Assembly: GCA_963754315.1 (NCBI GenBank)
Contig: CAVWFS010000006.1
Location: 96,001-160,000 of the forward strand
Length of the DNA: 64,000 bases
Source: an uncultured Candidatus Rokubacteria bacterium
Lineage (GTDB): Bacteria; Methylomirabilota; Methylomirabilia; Rokubacteriales; CSP1-6
Direction of reading: 5' to 3'
Shown: positions 30,149 to 40,197 of the stretch, one piece after another
Layout: each line of letters begins with the position of its first letter
How positions within the stretch are numbered: position 1 is the first letter of the stretch
The notes under the pieces: model-generated
Told to the model about the DNA's origin: nothing
Databases searched by the model: none
What the model saw: only the letters and a program-made list of their open reading frames with translations
Made by a program: the position numbers and the translations under genes

Positions 30149-32699
30149 ATGACTTCCCAATCCTCCCCGCTCCCTGCCAGTGTCGCGTCCGCCGCCCCTC
30201 TGCAAGCGCTGCCCTACGGCGCGCTTGGCATGGACGCGGAGTCCCTGAAGAACGGCATCCTCGGCCATCTCGAGTACACGTTGGCCGAGCTGCCCAAGCA
30301 CGTGGACAGCGAGTGGGAACCGTACGTGGCCCTCGCCCTCGCCGTGCGCGATCGGATGATCCAGCGCTGGATCCACACCCAGGACACGTACTACGAGCGA
30401 GACGCCAAGCGGGTGTACTACCTGTCGCTCGAGTACCTGATGGGGCGCACCTTGGGCAACAGCCTCATCAACATGGGGCTGCTCGACGCATGCGTGAAGG
30501 CTCTGCACGAGCTCGGTTACCGGCTCGAGGAGCTTGCGCGACGCGGAATGGGACGCGGGATTGGGCAATGGCGGTCTCGGTCGGCTGGCGGCCTGCTTCC
30601 TCGACTCCATGGCCACCCTGGGCTACCCGTCCTACGGTTACGGCCTGCGGTACGACTACGGGATCTTCCACCAGCGCATCGTCAACGGTGCCCAGGTGGA
30701 GGTAGCCGACGGCTGGCTGCGCTATGGCCATCCGTGGGAAATACCGCGCCCGGGGGACCGCTTCCCCGTGCAGTTCTTCGGCCGCGTCGACTCCTACGTG
30801 AACACGAGCGGTCGCCTCACCAACGCCTGGGTGGACACCAAGGACGTCCTGGCCACTCCCTACGACACGCCGATTCCCGGTTACGGGGGTCAGACGGTGA
30901 ACACCCTGCGCTTGTGGGGCGCCCGGGCCGTCCGGGAGTTCGATCTCGCGGAGTTCAACGAGGGCGATTACATCGGCGCCGTGGAGGCGCGAGCGCGTTC
31001 GGAGAACATCTGCCGCGTGCTCTATCCGAACGATAACGTGTCGGCGGGCCGGGAACTGCGGCTGGCCCAGGAGTATTTCTTCGTCTCCGCCACCTTGCAA
31101 GACATCATTCGCCGCTACCGCAAGCGCTACCTCATGTTCGACGAGCCGCAGGGCCTTCGGACCTTCGACCGGTTTGCGGAGAAAGTGGCCATCCAGCTCA
31201 ACGACACCCATCCCACCCTGGCCATTCCGGAGCTGATGCGCATCTTGGTGGACGTCGAGGAGCTCAGTTGGGACGAGGCGTGGGCTATCACGACCGCCAC
31301 CTTCGGCTACACGAACCACACGGTCATGGCCGAGGCCCTCGAGCGGTGGCCGGTGAGCCTCCTCGGGACCATGCTGCCCCGGCATCTGCAAATCATCTAC
31401 GAGATCAATCGCCGCTTTCTGGACGACGTGCGCCGGCACTTCGGCCAGGACGACGCGCGCGCCCGGCGCATGTCCATCATCGAGGAGGACGGCGAGCGAC
31501 GCGTGCGCATGGCCACCCTCGCCGTGGTGGGCAGCCACGCCGTGAACGGGGTAGCGGCGCTCCATACGCAGATCCTGACCTCAGAGGTCTTCGGCGACTT
31601 CTATGCGATGACGCCGGAGAAATTCAGCAACAAGACCAACGGCATCACCCAGCGCCGGTGGCTCCTCAAGAGCAACCCCGATCTGGCGCAGATCATCAGC
31701 GACGCCATCGGACCCGGCTGGATCACCGACCTCGATCAGCTGCGGCAGCTCGTTCCGCTGGCCGACGATCGCGCCTTCGCGCAGGCGTGGCAGGCCGCCA
31801 AGCGGGCGAACAAGCTCCGCTTGGCCGATACCATCCGCCGCCACTATCAGCGGCGCGGCCTCCCCGTCACCGTCGCTCCAGACTCCCTCTTCGACGTGCA
31901 GGTCAAGCGCATTCACGAATACAAGCGCCAGTTGCTCAACGTCCTGCATGTCATCACCCTCTACAATCGTCTCAAGGACAACCCCCATCGCGATCTCCTG
32001 CCGCGCACGGTCGTCTTCGCCGGTAAGGCGGCGCCGGGCTACGCCGCGGCCAAGCTGATCATCCGGCTGATCAACGGGGTGGGGGACGTGGTGAATGCCG
32101 ACCCGGCTGTCCGCGGCCGCCTCACGGTGGCCTTCCTGGCCGACTATCGGGTGTCGCTGGCCGAGGAGATTTTCCCCGGCTCCGACCTGTCCGAGCAGAT
32201 CTCGACGGCCGGCACCGAAGCGTCAGGGACCGGCAACATGAAGTTTGCCCTCAACGGTGCCCTCACCATCGGCACCATGGACGGGGCCAACATCGAGATC
32301 CGCGAGGAAGTTGGCGCCGAGAACATCTTCATCTTCGGGCTGACCGCGGCCGAGGTGGCGGCCCTGCGCCCGCACTACGACCCCGGGCAGTACTACCGGG
32401 AGAACGCGGAGCTGGCGCGCGTGCTCGACATGATCCGCGACGACGCCTTCAGCCGCCGCGAGCCGGGACTGTTCCGGCCGCTGGTCGACTCGCTGCTGAG
32501 CGGCGGCGACCGCTTTTTCCTCCTCGCCGACTATGCTTCATACGTGACGTGCCAGGAGGGCGTGGCGCGCATCTACCGCGATGCGGCCGCCTGGACTCGT
32601 ATGTCGATCCTCAACGTGGCCAACATGGGCAAGTTCTCCAGCGACCGCACCATTCGTCAGTACGCCGAGGAGATCTGGGGCATCACGCCGGTCCGCTGA
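30149..32699 (+). CDS. glgP: Glycogen/alpha-glucan phosphorylase; frameshift near 30535
   Basis: [16 protein letters not shown] | [54 protein letters not shown]. Confidence 0.96.
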
Positions 32700-32710
32700 C
32701 CAGCGCGCCT

Positions 32711-33595
32711 GTGCTCCTATTTGTCTCGCTCGTCGTCGACGGGGTCTTGGCCGGAGCCGTCTATGCTCTGATCGCGCTCGCCTTTGTGGTCGTCTACAAG
32801 GCCTCGCGCATGATCAACTTCGCGCTCGGCGAATGGGTCATGTTCGGCTCGCGCCTGTCGGCGGTGGGGATGTACGGAGCGGGGCTAGGGCCTGCCGGAG
32901 CGCTGGCGATGGCCAGCGCCGCGATGGTCGCCTTCGCGCTGGCTTTCAATCGCGTCGTGCTGCGGCGGCTCGTCGGGCGTCCGCTGATCGGTGTCATCAT
33001 GGTGACGTTGGGGCTCGGCGCGCTGATGCGCGGGGTGGCTCCCCTCGTCTTCGGCGGCCTTCCCGCCGCGATCCCGCTTCCGGTCCCCATGGAACCGCTC
33101 GTGGTGTACGACCTGCGCATCCCCGCCGGCCGGGTCGTGGCCCTGGCGGTGGCGCTGGTGGCGATCGCCGGGATCGGAGCGTTCTTCCGCTGGACTCGCA
33201 CCGGCCTGGCCTTGCGCGCCCTGGCCGACGATCAGGAGGTCGCGCTGGCGATGGGCATCGACGTGCGCCGGCACCTGGCCATCGCGTGGGCGATGGTGGG
33301 AGTGCTCGCGGTGGTCGGGGGTACGCTCTGGACGCTCGTGGTCGGCGTGGGATTCGGCCTGGTCCTGCTCGGCCTCAAGGTCTTTCCCATCGTGGTGATC
33401 GGCGGGCTCGACAGCCTCGGGGGGAGCATCGTGGGCGCGGTCGCCATCGGGGTTCTGGAGAGTCTGACGGCAGGCTACGTGGATCCCGTCCTGGGCGCGG
33501 GCTTCAGCAGCATCGCTCCTTATGTTCTCCTCCTCGGCGTGCTCTTCGTGCGACCCTATGGGATCTTTGGCCGGCCGGATCCGCGCCGGATCTGA
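32711..33595 (+). CDS. Branched-chain amino-acid ABC permease (LivH-like), orphan
   Basis: GAVYALIALAFVVVYKASRMINFALGE, TRTGLALRA, IGGLDS, VRPYGIFG. Confidence 0.9.
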   Translation: MLLFVSLVVDGVLAGAVYALIALAFVVVYKASRMINFALGEWVMFGSRLSAVGMYGAGLGPAGALAMASAAMVAFALAFNRVVLRRLVGRPLIGVIMVTLGLGALMRGVAPLVFGGLPAAIPLPVPMEPLVVYDLRIPAGRVVALAVALVAIAGIGAFFRWTRTGLALRALADDQEVALAMGIDVRRHLAIAWAMVGVLAVVGGTLWTLVVGVGFGLVLLGLKVFPIVVIGGLDSLGGSIVGAVAIGVLESLTAGYVDPVLGAGFSSIAPYVLLLGVLFVRPYGIFGRPDPRRI

Positions 33596-33623
33596 AACGT
33601 ACCGCGCACCGAACGAGGACACT

Positions 33624-34889
33624 ATGGCGGAGTGGGATGACTCTCTGAGGATCGATGGCACGCGCTTCTGGAGCACGATCGAGCGATCGGGACAGATCGG
33701 ACCGGGCAAAGCCGGTGGGCTCCGGCGGCTCGCTCTGACCGACGCGGACAAGGAGATGCGCGACCTTTTCATCACGTGGTGCCTGGAGGCCGGGTGCGTG
33801 GTGACCGTGGATCGGCTCGGGAGCATCTTCGGGCGACGGCCGGGGCAGGAGGACCATTTGCCGCCGGTCCTCATCGGCAGCCACCTCGACACCCAGGTGG
33901 CCGGCGGCAAGTACGACGGCATCGTCGGCGTGCTGGCCGGGCTCGAGGTAGTACGCACCCTCAACGACCACCGCATCGACACCCGGCGCCCGCTCGAAGT
34001 TGTCTGTTGGACCAACGAGGAGGGCGCCCGCTTCCCGCCGCCCATGGTCGCTTCGGGCGCCTTCGCCGGCATCTATGACGTCGACTGGGTCCTCGGCTTG
34101 CGCGACGACGACGGAATGACGTTCGGCGGTGAGCTGGAGCGCATCGGCTATAGCGGCAAGGAGCCGGTAGGTGGACGGTCTGTCGATGCCTACTTCGAGC
34201 TTCACATCGAGCAGGGGCCGCTGCTGGACCGCGAGGTGATTCCGGTGGGGGTCGTGGTGGGTGGCTATGCCGCGCGCGGCATGCACGTCGACGTCCACGG
34301 GGAGACCGCGCACGCGGGCCCCACGCCGATGGACCGCCGGCGGAACGCCCTGATCGGCGCCGCCATGCTCGCAGTGGCCGTCAACGACATCGGGTGGCGA
34401 TATCACGCCACCGAAGGCAAGGCCACGGTGCCGCGCCTCGTCGCCTGGCCCAACAAGGCCGGCATTCTCTCCGAGTACGCCCAGCTGACCTGCGACGTGC
34501 GCCACGCCGATCCCGTCGCGGCGGACTCCATGCTGGCCGAAATCCACACGGCAATGGTCGACTGCGCCCAACGCGCCAACGTGGAGATGCGGGTAGCGAC
34601 GAGCTGGACCTTCGGCAACGAGCGTTTCGATCCGGGCTGCATCCGGCTCATCAAAGAGGCCGCGGACCATCTGGGAGTGCGCTGGCGTGAGATCCTGAGC
34701 CAGGCCGGCCACGATGCCTACTACATCTCGAAGGTCGCTCCCACCGCGATGATCTTCACGCCGTGCCGCGACGGCATTTCACACAACGAGGCCGAGCACG
34801 CGGAGCTCCACTACACGGCCCCCGGGGTCGACGTTCTTCTCCACGCCGTGCTGGCTCGGGCCAACCGGTCAGGAGTTCGCGAGCGATGA
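33624..34889 (+). CDS. M20-family Zn amidohydrolase (N-carbamoyl-amino-acid hydrolase / beta-ureidopropionase-like)
   Basis: GSHLDTQ..GGKYDG, WTNEEGARF, ELHIEQGP, HAGPTPM, AGHDA, GISHNEAE. Confidence 0.93.
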   Translation: MAEWDDSLRIDGTRFWSTIERSGQIGPGKAGGLRRLALTDADKEMRDLFITWCLEAGCVVTVDRLGSIFGRRPGQEDHLPPVLIGSHLDTQVAGGKYDGIVGVLAGLEVVRTLNDHRIDTRRPLEVVCWTNEEGARFPPPMVASGAFAGIYDVDWVLGLRDDDGMTFGGELERIGYSGKEPVGGRSVDAYFELHIEQGPLLDREVIPVGVVVGGYAARGMHVDVHGETAHAGPTPMDRRRNALIGAAMLAVAVNDIGWRYHATEGKATVPRLVAWPNKAGILSEYAQLTCDVRHADPVAADSMLAEIHTAMVDCAQRANVEMRVATSWTFGNERFDPGCIRLIKEAADHLGVRWREILSQAGHDAYYISKVAPTAMIFTPCRDGISHNEAEHAELHYTAPGVDVLLHAVLARANRSGVRER

Positions 34890-35938
34890 AGGTTTCATTC
34901 GGGATCACCTTCGGCTCTGGTCCGCTGTTTCTCCACCCTTCGGATTCGGCCAAGTTCATGGACCTCGTGCGCATGGCGGAGGGGTACGGTGTTGAAGCGC
35001 TCGGCACCTACGACTCGGCGTTCCTGGGCGGCGACGCCTACGTGCGCGCCACCTTGATGGCGATGGCCTCGACCCGCGCCGCCATCGGCCTGCGCCCCAG
35101 CAACCCGATCACGCGCGAGCCGCAGGTGATGGCCTCCTTCCTGGCCTCCATCGACAGCCTCACGGGTGGGCGAGCGTTCATCGACATCGCCAGTGGCGAC
35201 AGCGCGGTGTTCAACATTGGGTACCCGGCCGCTTCCCGGGCCCGGATCGAGGACTACGTGACCTGTCTTCGCGATCTTCTGGCCAGGGGCGAGGCGACCT
35301 ATCAAGGGCGACCCCAGCGCGTGCGCTGGGCAGGGAGCGCCGTCCGTCCTCGTATTCCCATCTCGATCTGCGCCGAGGGGCCGCGCATGCTCCACCTGGG
35401 CGGCCGCATCGGCGACGGGGTCATCGCCGGTACCGGGCTCCTGCCCGAGGTCATCCGGGACACCATCGCCCGCATCCACGCGGGAGCGCGCGCGGCGGGC
35501 AGGGATCCCGCCGATGTCGACATCTGGTTCACCACCCGTACCGCGCTCGACCGCGATCGCCAAACCGCTCTGGAGCGGGTCAAGGCGTCGGTCTCGTCGA
35601 TCCTGAACCATTCCATGCGCTTCGGGCTCGAGGGCAAGCTGGTGCCGGCGGAGCTGCGCGCACGTATCCAGGAGTACGTCGACGGCTACGAGCTGTACGA
35701 CCATGTGCTACAGACCGGGCGCAACCCCAAACGCATGGATGAGCTAGGGCTCACCGACTTCGCGCTCCGGCGCTTTGCCTTGGCCGGGACGCCGCGCGAC
35801 TGGATCGCTCGCATCGCCGAGCTGGCCGAAGCCGGCGCGACCCGGCTCTGGGTGGGGCTTGGCGGCGGTGACCTCGACCGCCAGCGTCTGGAACTCTGCA
35901 TGATCGGCGAGGAGGTCATGCCGCAGTTCGCCGCGTAG
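34886..35938 (+). CDS. LLM-class (luciferase-like/Mer-like) flavin oxidoreductase
   Basis: NPITREP..AS...SID..TGGRA....SGDSA, PISICAEGPRML..GRIGDGVI; ATGA overlap. Confidence 0.88.
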   Translation: MKVSFGITFGSGPLFLHPSDSAKFMDLVRMAEGYGVEALGTYDSAFLGGDAYVRATLMAMASTRAAIGLRPSNPITREPQVMASFLASIDSLTGGRAFIDIASGDSAVFNIGYPAASRARIEDYVTCLRDLLARGEATYQGRPQRVRWAGSAVRPRIPISICAEGPRMLHLGGRIGDGVIAGTGLLPEVIRDTIARIHAGARAAGRDPADVDIWFTTRTALDRDRQTALERVKASVSSILNHSMRFGLEGKLVPAELRARIQEYVDGYELYDHVLQTGRNPKRMDELGLTDFALRRFALAGTPRDWIARIAELAEAGATRLWVGLGGGDLDRQRLELCMIGEEVMPQFAA

Positions 35939-35961
35939 CGGGACACCGGTGAGGGGAAGGC

Positions 35962-37068
35962 GTGAAGATTTCGCGGATCGATGTGTATCACTTCCGCTAC
36001 ACGCTGCGCGGGGGGCCGCTGACATTGTCTGGAGGCAGAACGGTCAGCACCGAGGACAGCACCCTGGTCAAGGTCACCACCGACGAAGGCCTGGTCGGGT
36101 GGGGCGAGGAGTGTCCCTTCAGTCCGACGTACATGCTCGCGTTCTCGGAGGGCGCCCGCGCTGCGATCCGCCTGATGGCGCCGGCCCTCTTGGGGGCAGA
36201 CCCCCTGCAGATCGAGCAGGTCTATGCACGTATGGACGGAGCCCTGTATGGCCATGCCTACGCCAAGTCTCCGATCGACATGGCGTGCTGGGATCTTCTC
36301 GGGCAGGCCACCGGTCTGCCGCTCAGTGACCTGCTCGGTGGGACGTTTCAGCCACGATTCCCGCTGTACAACGTGGTGGGGGTGAACGAGCCCGAGGCCA
36401 TGCGCGCGCGGTCGGAACGGTTGCTGGCTGAGGGCTTCCGTCGCTTTCAGGTGAAGGTCGGCGGTGGTCACTGGCGGCTCGACGTGCGCCGAGCGCAGGC
36501 GTGCCTGGAGGTGCTGCGAGATCAGGAGGTCGTCATCGTCGACGCCAACGCCTACTGGCGCCAGCACGAAGCAGCCCAGGTGATCGCAGCGCTGGAGGAC
36601 GAGCCGATCTACCTGGAGCAGCCCTGCCGATCGCTGGACGAGTGCCTCGCCATCCGTGCTCGGACCGCGCGCCCGCTGATCCTCGATGAGAGCCTGACGG
36701 ACCTGGATGCGCTCTTGGCGGCCAGGGCAGCGGGAGCTCTCGACTGCGCGATGCTCAAACTGTCGCGCTTCGGAGGGATCAGCCGCCTTCGCCTCGCCCG
36801 CGCACTGTGCCAGCAGTGGGGCCTGGCGGTGACGATGGAAGACTCGGGTGGGGGCGATGTGGTGACGGCGGCCATGGCCCATCTTGCCGCCAGCACCCCT
36901 GCCCAGTCGCTGCTGAACGGGATGCTCATCAACATGCTCGTGAACGAGCGCATCGCGGAGGGGACCCCTGAGCCGCACAACGGCTGGGCCGAAATCTCAC
37001 GGCGGCCCGGGCTTGGCATCACCGTGGACGAGAAGGCGCTCGGCTCGCCCCTGTTCAGCGTCACCTGA
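35962..37068 (+). CDS. Enolase-superfamily MLE-subgroup enzyme (hydroxyproline-betaine epimerase / cis-3-hydroxyproline dehydratase-like)
   Basis: GWGE.CP...Y, AKSPIDMACWD, FQVKVG, DAN, EQPC, LDES, LKLSRFGG, MEDSGGGD. Confidence 0.85.
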   Translation: MKISRIDVYHFRYTLRGGPLTLSGGRTVSTEDSTLVKVTTDEGLVGWGEECPFSPTYMLAFSEGARAAIRLMAPALLGADPLQIEQVYARMDGALYGHAYAKSPIDMACWDLLGQATGLPLSDLLGGTFQPRFPLYNVVGVNEPEAMRARSERLLAEGFRRFQVKVGGGHWRLDVRRAQACLEVLRDQEVVIVDANAYWRQHEAAQVIAALEDEPIYLEQPCRSLDECLAIRARTARPLILDESLTDLDALLAARAAGALDCAMLKLSRFGGISRLRLARALCQQWGLAVTMEDSGGGDVVTAAMAHLAASTPAQSLLNGMLINMLVNERIAEGTPEPHNGWAEISRRPGLGITVDEKALGSPLFSVT

Positions 37069-37111
37069 TCGCAAAGCCCGTTTCGATACGTGACGACCTG
37101 ATCGCAAAGCC
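37063..37111 (+). repeat. Perfect 16-bp direct repeat ACCTGATCGCAAAGCC, two copies, 17-bp spacer
   Basis: Copies at 37063-37078 and 37096-37111. Confidence 0.85.
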
Positions 37112-37365
37112 TTGCCGGGGCACCCGACCTCGACTATCCTTACGGCCACCCTGAGGTCGTCACATCGGGTTGGGTGCCCGCTTGGCCCCCAACCACCAGG
37201 GTTGATCCAGACCGGTCCGGCGGAGGTCGCACCATCGACCATACGATCCCGGCCCTGATGACCTTCACGCTCGCCGCCCCCAAGGCCGCCGAGCCAACAC
37301 CCTCGCACGCTCAATGTCCGTCGTGGCGTGCCCTGGCGCGCCGATCCGACGAAAGGGGGAGCCCC

Positions 37366-38979
37366 ATGTCGCGTCCCGTCCTGTCACGCAGGTCCGCCGT
37401 GTTCGTGGCTGCCGCGGCCACGCTCGTAGGCTGTCTCGTCGGTGCTCTGGCCGACCCTCCGGCGGCCGCGGCCCAGAAGAAGGTCCTCAACATCGCCGCG
37501 AAAGAGCCGGAGACGCTCGATCCGCATACGAGCATCCTCGGGCAGACGCAGGCCATCAAGCGCTTCATGTACCGGGGCCTGACACGCTTTGCTATCAAGG
37601 ATGGCAAGGTCATCACGTCCGAGGTGGAGCCGGACTTGGCCGAGAGCTGGACCCTCTCGCCCGACGGAACGGTGTGGACGTTCAAGCTCAAGAAGGGTGT
37701 GCAGTTCCACAAGGGGTTCGGCGAGCTGACAGCCGAGGACGTCAAGTTCAGCTTCGAGCGGCAGATCAACCGGGCGCCGGGCACGCGATTCGGGGTCAAC
37801 CTCGAGATGATCAAGTCCATCGAGGTCGTCGATCCGCACACCGTGCAGATCGTCCTCAAGTCCTTCGACCCGATCTTTCTGCTGCGCATGGTGGGCTACC
37901 AGCAGGGCTACATCGTGTCGAAGAAGGCGGCCGAGAAGCACGGCGAGCAGTTCAAGTGGAACCCCGTCGGCACCGGCCCCTTCTACTTCGACCGCCACTC
38001 GCCCCGCGAGAAGATCGTCCTCAAGGCCTTCGACAAGTACCACGGCAGCCGGCCCCAGATCGACGAGGTTCACTGGTTCGACGTCCCTGAGGACTCCACC
38101 AAGCTGATCGGCCTCGAGAAAGGGACGTTCGACCTGCTGTACCCGGAGGCGGTCACCGCGGACTTCGCCGATCAGGTGAAGAAGATGGGCGCCATCATCG
38201 ACCGGCGCGGACCCGGCGGTCAGGAGCGCTTCTACATCAACATGACCAAGCCGCCCTTCGACGACATCCGTGTACGCAAAGCCTTCATGCACGCCATCGA
38301 CCGCAAGGCCATCAAGGAGACCATGTACCCCGGCGGTCTGGCGCGGGTGGCCGTCAGCTGCGTGCCCCCCGGGTACTTCGGTCATATTCCCATGACGTTC
38401 CCGGAGTTCGATCCTGAGAAGGCCAAGAAGCTCCTGGCCGAGGCCGGCCATCCCAACGGATTCACGATCAAGAACTACTTCATCAGCAAGTCGTTCTTCT
38501 ATCCCAAGGTGCTCACCCTGGCCCAGGAACAGCTCAAGAAAGTGGGCATCAATGTCGAGCTACAAGTGGTCGAGCACGCCACCTATCACGAGAACATCCG
38601 CAAGAACCTGAACCCCTTCGTGCTCTACGGCGGCACGCGCATCACCGACGCTGACCCGTGGCTGTCGCTGTTCTTCGACTCCAAGGAAATCCCCGATCCC
38701 GCCACGGGCAACAAGGGCACCAACTTCGCCCACTACCGCGGCATGGACGACCTGCTCGCCAAGGGGCGCCTGGAGCGGGATGTCAAGAAGCGGGCGGCCA
38801 TCTATGCCGAGACGCAGAAGCGTATGGAGCGCGACCTGGTGTGCCTGCCGATCAGCGACGTGCCGGGTCAGTGGGCCCGCAACCCCAAGCGGGTGAGCAC
38901 GCCCTTCGATCCCGACTACGGAGAGTTCTCACTCCACTACAGCTACAACTACCCAGAGATGCTCAAGGTCCTGAACTAG
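37366..38979 (+). CDS. Peptide/nickel ABC transporter substrate-binding protein (family 5, DppA-like)
   Basis: EPETLDP, PDLAESW..SPDG..WTFKL..GV.FH, PVGTGPF, PPFDDIRVRKA; signal peptide; SD GAAAGGGGGAG. Confidence 0.93.
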   Translation: MSRPVLSRRSAVFVAAAATLVGCLVGALADPPAAAAQKKVLNIAAKEPETLDPHTSILGQTQAIKRFMYRGLTRFAIKDGKVITSEVEPDLAESWTLSPDGTVWTFKLKKGVQFHKGFGELTAEDVKFSFERQINRAPGTRFGVNLEMIKSIEVVDPHTVQIVLKSFDPIFLLRMVGYQQGYIVSKKAAEKHGEQFKWNPVGTGPFYFDRHSPREKIVLKAFDKYHGSRPQIDEVHWFDVPEDSTKLIGLEKGTFDLLYPEAVTADFADQVKKMGAIIDRRGPGGQERFYINMTKPPFDDIRVRKAFMHAIDRKAIKETMYPGGLARVAVSCVPPGYFGHIPMTFPEFDPEKAKKLLAEAGHPNGFTIKNYFISKSFFYPKVLTLAQEQLKKVGINVELQVVEHATYHENIRKNLNPFVLYGGTRITDADPWLSLFFDSKEIPDPATGNKGTNFAHYRGMDDLLAKGRLERDVKKRAAIYAETQKRMERDLVCLPISDVPGQWARNPKRVSTPFDPDYGEFSLHYSYNYPEMLKVLN

Positions 38980-38986
38980 GATGGAG

Positions 38987-39162
38987 AACCGAGAATCGCG
39001 GCGTGCCCCGGATTGCCCGGGGCGCGACGAGCGGCGGAGGGACGGGGGGCCCGAGCTAGGCCCCCCAGGGAGTCCCAAAGCGTCGGACCGAGGAGCGCCC
39101 TGGCTTCGCCGGGGCGCGACGAGCGCGGGGGGGATGGGGGGCCCGAGCTAGGCTCCCCATGT
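38987..39162. repeat. Two tandem REP-like composite hairpin elements
   Basis: Two copies of CCGGGGCGCGACGAGCG..GGA(C/T)GGGGGGCCCGAGCTAGGC about 92 bp apart, each forming two GC stem-loops, between dppA- and dppB-like genes. Confidence 0.75.
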
Positions 39163-39172
39163 AAATAGTCGA

Positions 39173-40177
39173 TTGTTCCAGTACGTGCTGCGCCGTCTGC
39201 TGGTGGCCGTCCCGATGCTGCTGGGGGCGATGAGCATCGTGTTCTTCGCGATGCGCATCCTGCCCGGCGACCCGTGCGTGGCCATGATGGGCGACCAGGC
39301 CACCACGGCCGCCCTGGCTGACTGCACGAAGAACCTCGGATTGCACCGCCCGCTGGCGGTGCAGTACGTGGACTACCTCTGGCGATCGGTGCAGTTCGAC
39401 TTCGGTCACTCCCTGCGCCAGGGCTACCCGGTCAGGGAATACATTGGCCGCATGTTCCCGCATACTCTGGTACTCGTCCTGGCCGCCGCGGTGATCGCGG
39501 CCCTGGTCGGTGTTCCAATCGGCATCGTCTCCGCCCTTAAGCGCCGCTCCCCGCTCATCGACTATCCTCTGCGCATCTTCGCGCTTCTTGGTCTTTCCAT
39601 GCCAGTCTTCTGGCTGGGGATCCTCCTCCTCATCGTGTTCTCTCTCCGTCTAGACCTGTTCCCCCTCATCGGGGGTGGTGATCTGGACGGCGCCATCAAC
39701 ATGGTCCGCACGGGCGAGGTCTTCCTGTACCCCCGAGACTTCCTGAGGGCGGTGGGCGATGTGCTCTATCACTTGACCTTGCCGGCCCTGGCCCTCGGAT
39801 TCACCTTGGCCGCGACCGTCAGCCGCCTCTCGCGCTCGGCCATGCTCGAGGTGATCAGCCAGGATTACATCCGTACCGCTCGCGCCAAGGGTCAGGGCGA
39901 GCGCGCGGTCGTCTACAAGCACGCGCTGCGCAACATGATGGTGCCACTGCTCACCATCATCGGTCTCTTCGTGGCCATCGCCCTCACCGGGACGGTGCTC
40001 ACGGAGACGGTCTTCACGCGGCCGGGTCTCGGGAAGATGCTGGTGGACGCCATCGGCGCTCGCGACTACCCGCTGGCCCAGGGCGCCATCACGGTCTTCA
40101 CCATGATCATCATCATCGTCAACCTCGTGGTCGACATGCTCTACGCCATCGTCGATCCCCGCATAACCTACCGCTAG
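39173..40177 (+). CDS. Peptide ABC permease (DppB-like)
   Basis: YVLRRLL, LPGDP, SMPVFWLG, RSAMLEV..QDYIRTARAKG, RDYP. Confidence 0.95.
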   Translation: MFQYVLRRLLVAVPMLLGAMSIVFFAMRILPGDPCVAMMGDQATTAALADCTKNLGLHRPLAVQYVDYLWRSVQFDFGHSLRQGYPVREYIGRMFPHTLVLVLAAAVIAALVGVPIGIVSALKRRSPLIDYPLRIFALLGLSMPVFWLGILLLIVFSLRLDLFPLIGGGDLDGAINMVRTGEVFLYPRDFLRAVGDVLYHLTLPALALGFTLAATVSRLSRSAMLEVISQDYIRTARAKGQGERAVVYKHALRNMMVPLLTIIGLFVAIALTGTVLTETVFTRPGLGKMLVDAIGARDYPLAQGAITVFTMIIIIVNLVVDMLYAIVDPRITYR

Positions 40178-40197
40178 CAGCCTGGAGAGCCGACACG

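Noticed and set aside
30149..32699. glgP (and livF, livG and others) as true pseudogenes or programmed frameshifts
   Set aside because: Single-base indels in otherwise intact genes, no slippery sites, and similar indels across the window point to sequencing error
37063..37111. Possible mini CRISPR array
   Set aside because: Only two 16-bp repeats with a 17-bp spacer, too short, and no cas genes
38987..39162. Possible CRISPR or IS ends
   Set aside because: Two degenerate hairpin units, no unique spacer series, no transposase; fits a REP-like element better
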